20,000 nucleotides of DNA, taken from sequence record SRR9188677_125, one strand, 5' to 3'. Each line of letters starts with the position of its first letter. Within the stretch, counting starts at the first letter, position 1. Below are positions 15,275-20,000 of the stretch, one piece after another. A model generated the notes under the pieces. The model did not search any database and was not told the DNA's origin. It saw nothing but the letters and a program-made list of their open reading frames with translations. A program made the translations under genes and the position numbers.

Positions 15275-17464
15275 TTATCTTGTAAACAATAATTCCCTGT
15301 ATTTGGTCAATGTCCAGATTTCGTCATCCACCAATAATTCTAATTTATCGCAGTGAACCCTGATTTGGTCAAAGTAGGGTTTTACCTTATCGCAGTAGGA
15401 TTCAGCCATTTTTTGGGCATCGGTTAAAGCGTTTGCTTGTTTACGGGCTTCAGTCATCGCTTCTACTTTTGAATTGATCCCTTCAATATGAGCCGAAATT
15501 TCCTTGATTAGGACGATTTGCTCTTTAGCGATTTTCTCGAAGTCTTTTCCGAAGATCTCTTTCAATCCGCGGACATTTTCAATCAGGGTGTTTTGGTAAC
15601 GGATTGCCGTTGGTATTACGTGGTTGCGGGCAATATCGCCTAGGACCCTTCCTTCAATCTGGATTTTTTTTGTGTACTCTTCCAATTCGATTTCGTAACG
15701 CGCTTCCACCTCAACGTGGTTCATTACGTTCAACTCGCTGAATAAGTCCAACGCTTTTTTAGAAACTTTAGCCTTCAAAGCCAATGGGGTGGTTTTATGA
15801 TTGCTCAAGCCGCGTTTTTTAGCTTCTTTTTCCCAGGCTTCGCTGTAACCGTCTCCTTCAAAAAGGATGTTTTTGGTTTCTTTTATGTATTCTCTCAACA
15901 CGTTGAAAATCGCTTCGTCTTTCTTTAAATCTTTAGTTTCGATCAAAGCATCAACTTCTTTTTTGAAATCCCTTAATTGCTTGGCGACAATAGAGTTGAG
16001 GGTCGTCATGGCATTGGCACAGTTTGCGGAAGATCCCACAGCCCGGAATTCAAATTTGTTCCCGGTAAATGCAAACGGAGAAGTTCTGTTTCTGTCGGTA
16101 TTATCCAGCATTACGTCCGGAATTTTCCCCACTACGTTCAACTTCAGATCGGTTTTCTCTTCCGGAGATAATTTTCCTTTGGAAACCCCTTCCAATTCAG
16201 CCAAAACTTTGGTCAGCTGCTCTCCGATAAATACCGAAATGATTGCCGGTGGTGCTTCGTTGGCTCCTAATCGGTGGTCGTTGCTTGCCGTTGCAATGGC
16301 TGCCCTTAACAATTCTTCATACTCCTGAACGGCCTTAATCGTATTGATAAAGAAAGACAAAAACTGGAGATTGCTCATCGGCGTTTTGCTTGGAGACAAT
16401 AAGTTCACTCCGGTATCGGTTGCCAGTGACCAGTTGTTGTGTTTTCCTGATCCGTTTACTCCCTGAAAAGGTTTTTCGTGGAATAACACTTTGAAATCAT
16501 GGCGCTCCCCTACTTTAGACATTACGTCCATCAAAAGGGAATTGTGATCCACCGCTAAATTCGTTTCTTCAAAAATCGGAGCCAGCTCAAACTGATTTGG
16601 AGCTACCTCGTTGTGGCGTGTTTTTACCGGAATCCCCAAAAGCATACACTCTTCTTCCAATTCCCTCATATAGTTTAAGGCACGCGACGGAATCGATCCG
16701 AAATAATGGTCATCCAATTGCTGTCCTTTTGCAGAAGTGTGCCCAAGAAGGGTTCTTCCCGTCATTATCAAATCCGGGCGGGAATTGGCTAAAGAAGAAT
16801 CAACCAGGAAATATTCCTGCTCCCATCCTAAAGTTGCCGTTACTTTCTTAACATTTTTGTCGAAATATTTACAAACATCAGTTGCGGCTTCATCAACCGC
16901 ATTCAATGCTCTCAATAATGGCGTTTTATAATCTAAGGCTTCACCAGTGTAAGAGATGAAAACCGTTGGAATGCATAAAGTGGTCCCGAAAATAAATGCC
17001 GGCGAAGTTGGATCCCAGGCAGTATATCCGCGGGCTTCGAATGTATTCCTGATCCCTCCGTTGGGGAAAGACGAAGCATCCGGTTCCTGCTGAACCAATT
17101 GCCCGCCGCCGAATTTCTCAACGGCATCCGAACCATCATAAGAAGTTTCAAAGAACGCATCGTGTTTCTCAGCGGTTGTTCCTGTTAAGGGCTGAAACCA
17201 GTGTGTGTAATGTGTCACGCCTTTTGACAATGCCCATTCCTTCATTCCCATTGCGATATAATCGGCTAGCTTCCTGTCAATTTTTGTTCCGTGCTGGACT
17301 GCATCTTTCACGCCTTTGTGAGCATCTGAAGTCAAGAATTGCTTCATTGCTTTGTCATTAAACACATTCGAACCAAAAAGATCTGATTTTCTTCCTGCTT
17401 CTTCAAATTTTACAGGTTTTCTACCTGATGCATCTTTTAATGCTTGGAAACGTAAAGTTGACAT
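15275..17464 (-). CDS. glnA: Glutamine synthetase type III
   Basis: 729 aa with THYTHWFQPLTG.TAEKHD, EPDASSFPNGG, GWEQEYF, HNEVAPNQFE, HEKPF.GVNGSGKHNNWS and DRNRTSPFAFTGNKFEFRA motifs. Confidence 0.97.
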   Translation of the reverse strand: MSTLRFQALKDASGRKPVKFEEAGRKSDLFGSNVFNDKAMKQFLTSDAHKGVKDAVQHGTKIDRKLADYIAMGMKEWALSKGVTHYTHWFQPLTGTTAEKHDAFFETSYDGSDAVEKFGGGQLVQQEPDASSFPNGGIRNTFEARGYTAWDPTSPAFIFGTTLCIPTVFISYTGEALDYKTPLLRALNAVDEAATDVCKYFDKNVKKVTATLGWEQEYFLVDSSLANSRPDLIMTGRTLLGHTSAKGQQLDDHYFGSIPSRALNYMRELEEECMLLGIPVKTRHNEVAPNQFELAPIFEETNLAVDHNSLLMDVMSKVGERHDFKVLFHEKPFQGVNGSGKHNNWSLATDTGVNLLSPSKTPMSNLQFLSFFINTIKAVQEYEELLRAAIATASNDHRLGANEAPPAIISVFIGEQLTKVLAELEGVSKGKLSPEEKTDLKLNVVGKIPDVMLDNTDRNRTSPFAFTGNKFEFRAVGSSANCANAMTTLNSIVAKQLRDFKKEVDALIETKDLKKDEAIFNVLREYIKETKNILFEGDGYSEAWEKEAKKRGLSNHKTTPLALKAKVSKKALDLFSELNVMNHVEVEARYEIELEEYTKKIQIEGRVLGDIARNHVIPTAIRYQNTLIENVRGLKEIFGKDFEKIAKEQIVLIKEISAHIEGINSKVEAMTEARKQANALTDAQKMAESYCDKVKPYFDQIRVHCDKLELLVDDEIWTLTKYRELLFTR

Positions 17465-17502
17465 AAATTTAAATTTTTATATTATACCCTATTAATTTTA
17501 TG

Positions 17503-17510
17503 CAAATATA
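17503..17510 (-). promoter_or_regulatory. -7 promoter box for glnA
   Basis: Minus-strand TATATTTG(CA), 38 nt upstream of the glnA ATG. Confidence 0.7.
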
Positions 17511-17533
17511 ATTTTTTTTACTTTTAAAATAAC

Positions 17534-17558
17534 TATACCCTATTTTTTATAGGGTATA
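17534..17558. promoter_or_regulatory. Palindromic operator candidate TATACCCTAT-N5-ATAGGGTATA
   Basis: Perfect 10-bp arms in very AT-rich DNA. An identical half-site lies at 17483-17492. Confidence 0.7.
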
Positions 17559-17631
17559 AATAATAATTTTTTTATTTTCTGCTATAGATTATTAATTCGT
17601 TAAAAAAAATGCCGCTAACTATCCAAACTGT

Positions 17632-17639
17632 TATATTTG
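17632..17639 (+). promoter_or_regulatory. -7 promoter box for terC
   Basis: TATATTTG 20 nt upstream of ATG 17660. Confidence 0.6.
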
Positions 17640-17659
17640 TAACATTAAAACTGTATATC

Positions 17660-18607
17660 ATGGTCGTTTGGATTATTTTTTTAGCCTTTATTTTTCTTTT
17701 TCTTGCATTAGATTTGGGTGTTTTCAATAAAACGCCGCATGTTATAAGTTCAAAGGAGGCAGGGATCTGGACCGGAGTATGGGTTTCACTTTCCTTTGCT
17801 TTTTCAGGAGTAGTGAACTGGCTGTACAGCAACCAGCTTATTGCCAACCCTACAGGAATAAAGCCATCGGTAGCTACGATGAAATACATTACGGGCTATC
17901 TTATAGAATTATCCTTAAGCATTGACAACATCTTTATTATAGCGGTAATTTTCGCCTCGTTCAAAATATCGCAGAAATACCAGCACAGGGTTTTGTTTTG
18001 GGGAATTCTCGGCGCTATAGTTTTTAGGGGGCTGATGATTTTCTTTGGCGTTATCCTGATCAATAAATTCAGCTGGATGACCTATTTATTTGGCGGCTTT
18101 TTATTATTTACAGCCTTTAAGATGCTGTTCAAAAACGAAGAAGAAGATTTTGACCCGAAGAAATCATTGGTATACAGAATGATAGGCAAAGTTATCCCAA
18201 TCACAACCCATACAGAGAAAGAACATTTCTTTACCCGAATTAATGGCATCAACCACGCCACGCCGCTTTTTGTAGCCTTGTTGGTCATCGAGGTTATGGA
18301 CATGCTTTTCGCCCTTGACAGCGTTCCGGCTATTTTAGCAATTACCTCGGATCCTTTTTTGGTTTTCAGCTCTAACATCTTCGCGATTCTTGGGTTGCGC
18401 TCTATGTACTTCTTTTTGGCCAATATGCTCGAAAAATTCAGCTTTCTAGAATACAGCCTCATAGCCATATTAACTTTCGTAGGCATCAAAATGCTGATCG
18501 TACATTACTACAAATTCCCGGAATGGGTTTCCCTAGGATTTATTGCCTTATCGCTAATTCTCGGTATTGTGGTTTCTGTCAGAAAAGACAGACAGGCAAA
18601 CAATTAA
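17660..18607 (+). CDS. TerC/Alx-family membrane protein
   Basis: LALDLGVF, YITGYLIELSLSIDNIF, YQHRVLFWGILGAIVFRG, DMLFALDSVPAI and SNIFAILGLRSMYF motifs. Start re-called at 17660. Confidence 0.93.
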   Translation: MVVWIIFLAFIFLFLALDLGVFNKTPHVISSKEAGIWTGVWVSLSFAFSGVVNWLYSNQLIANPTGIKPSVATMKYITGYLIELSLSIDNIFIIAVIFASFKISQKYQHRVLFWGILGAIVFRGLMIFFGVILINKFSWMTYLFGGFLLFTAFKMLFKNEEEDFDPKKSLVYRMIGKVIPITTHTEKEHFFTRINGINHATPLFVALLVIEVMDMLFALDSVPAILAITSDPFLVFSSNIFAILGLRSMYFFLANMLEKFSFLEYSLIAILTFVGIKMLIVHYYKFPEWVSLGFIALSLILGIVVSVRKDRQANN

Positions 18608-18677
18608 GCATTTTAAAAACAATTGTTAGTTCAAATTAATTTATTCAAAACCAACACCATAAGGTCTATGAATAAAA

Positions 18678-18757
18678 TCAGGAGCACGGCTTTTTGTTTG
18701 TTCAGGAAGCAAGCTCCCGCTGTCCGCTATACTTCGGTGCCGCTCCCATCGGGGCTA
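18678..18757. repeat. GC-rich structured intergenic element, resembling a Flavobacterial dispersed repeat / Flavo-1-like RNA motif
   Basis: Core AGCTCCCGCTGTCCGCTATAC-TTCG-GTGCCGCTCCCATCGGGGCTA: CCCG/CGGG outer stem, CCGCT on both sides of an internal loop, short apical hairpin. The family assignment is from recall and unverified. Confidence 0.55.
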
Positions 18758-19041
18758 TGGAGTTCGTTTTTTTTATCAGGACGCATCATTCCGTTTCTTA
18801 TTGATACTAACTACCCAATATTAAACAACACAATTACAACCTTAAAACCTATCATTCAACCGTTATCATTCCCGTTTTGAAAACTATCTGAAACATTCAA
18901 ACCGAAACCATACATCTTTCCTTGGATTCCAAACCTGCCAATAGACAACAAAACACTTATTTCCGGGTTTTAATTCATTCTTAGTTGCAGCTACAGCTTC
19001 AATCTTTTACAAAGAATTTATCTTTCGCTACCTTATAAAAC

Positions 19042-19072
19042 AAAAAACCCCTCCGTTTCCGGAAGGGTTTTT
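19042..19072 (-). terminator. Intrinsic terminator for the minus-strand T9SS repeat gene
   Basis: Minus strand reads AAAAACCCTTCCG-GAAA-CGGAGGGG-TTTTTT. The U-G pair and GAAA loop form only on the minus strand. Confidence 0.88.
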
Positions 19073-19090
19073 CTTTAAATCAATTAAGTA

Positions 19091-19999
19091 TTATCTTTTG
19101 ATTACTCTTAGCGTTTTCACTACTTCACCTTGAGTTACAATTACATTGTAAACTCCTGACGCGTAACGATCCCCTATTTGCAATCCTGCTGATATTTCAT
19201 TCATATCTGCCTGACGTTGCTCGATTAATTTTCCAGCCATATCGTAGATAGCTACCGATACTTTTTCCTGTGCAGAAGATGAAACATCTAAATTAAAGGT
19301 TTCAGTAAACGGATTAGGATAAGCTTTCACTGCTAATGCAACATCCATTGGTTGTGCTGTTACAGTGGCATCATTTCCTTTAGTTACAATATCTCTACAA
19401 ACGTTTCCGTTTCTAGTGATTGTAAACGTAGCTGTTACAGTGTCCGAGTTACAGTTTCCTGAGATGCTGTAAGTAACTCTTACAGTTCCTCCGTTGCTCC
19501 AGCTTGGAGCACATCTGTTATCTCCACTAAATACTGCACATGCTCCACATCCTGAACGGATAGTTCTGAACTGGCATAACCAGCTGTTGAAAGCATTGTT
19601 TACCCCAGCCTGGCTAGTGAAACTAGTGTTAGCATAAGTCACGTTAGACGGACCTGCTACTTCAACTTCACCACCAGATTGAACTGTAAATCTTCTGGTA
19701 ACTGTATAAGTACTTGTATTTGAAGTTTGACCGTTACAAGTGATGGTTTGACCACAAGTATTGTTTGATCTGTAAGTCCAAGTAACATCTACATATCCGC
19801 CACATGCTGATGGTGCAACTGTTGGCGCATTGTGTGTCAATGTACCTGTGCTGCATCCTCCACTTACTGTAGTTGACGCTAGGAATGAATTCCATGCTGA
19901 GTTAACCTGCGCTTGTGTTTTGCAAGATTGGATAGTTACGTTGCTTGCAGCATTGATAGTTACTGCCGCTGGAGCAGCTACTGTAAATCTTCTGGTAAC
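19091..19999 (-). CDS. C-terminal part of a large T9SS-secreted Cys-rich repeat protein (HYR/Ig-like repeats + type-A CTD), truncated by window end
   Basis: Frame stays open beyond 19840 to the window edge (VTRRFTVAAPAAVTINAASNVTIQSCKTQAQVNSAWNSFLASTTVSGGCSTGTL...). Repeats are ~99 aa. CTD VKAYPNPF..IYDMAGKLIE..ASGVYNVIVTQG..LRVIKR. Confidence 0.92.
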   Translation of the reverse strand, partial: VTRRFTVAAPAAVTINAASNVTIQSCKTQAQVNSAWNSFLASTTVSGGCSTGTLTHNAPTVAPSACGGYVDVTWTYRSNNTCGQTITCNGQTSNTSTYTVTRRFTVQSGGEVEVAGPSNVTYANTSFTSQAGVNNAFNSWLCQFRTIRSGCGACAVFSGDNRCAPSWSNGGTVRVTYSISGNCNSDTVTATFTITRNGNVCRDIVTKGNDATVTAQPMDVALAVKAYPNPFTETFNLDVSSSAQEKVSVAIYDMAGKLIEQRQADMNEISAGLQIGDRYASGVYNVIVTQGEVVKTLRVIKR

Positions 20000-20000
20000 T

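Noticed and set aside
15867-17361. Several antisense or alternate-frame ORFs within glnA (similar ones occur in folP, purM, the OmpA genes and terC)
   Set aside because: Shadow ORFs of well-supported genes, with no motifs or independent expression signals.
17560-17659. yybP-ykoY (Mn2+) riboswitch expected upstream of terC/alx
   Set aside because: The region is extremely AT-rich with no stems, and the promoter box at 17632 leaves only a very short leader.
18623-18880. 85-aa ORF after terC
   Set aside because: TTG start, runs through the structured repeat element, and has no protein-like features.
1-20000. CRISPR array, tRNA/rRNA, prophage, integrase or defence genes
   Set aside because: No regularly spaced repeats, cloverleaf or rRNA-like segments, or recognisable protein motifs were found by eye.

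Overview
AT-rich, gene-dense window that looks like a Flavobacterium/Flavobacteriaceae chromosome segment: TAnnTTTG -7 promoter boxes, T9SS C-terminal domains, type III glutamine synthetase and a Bacteroidota-type PurM. The housekeeping backbone is aroE (partial), rlmH, folP, DUF1599, DoxX/MauE-thioredoxin, TlpA, tpiA, prmA, clpS, ygiD, purM, glnA(III) and terC. It is interrupted by envelope genes: three tandem double-OmpA-domain proteins with a GH[IL]CC motif, a near CTD-only T9SS protein coupled to a CTD-less partner, a stand-alone T9SS protein, and the 3' end of a Cys-rich repeat T9SS protein. The notable non-coding signals are a perfect 18-bp inverted repeat (6483-6500 / 8166-8183) bracketing clpS-hyp-ygiD, a 10-bp-arm palindrome plus an extra half-site at the glnA promoter, a 6-6-6 palindrome upstream of ygiD, and a structured Flavo-1-like element after terC. 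No rRNA, tRNA, CRISPR array, transposase or recombinase was seen. Family assignments come from motif recognition only; no searches were run.
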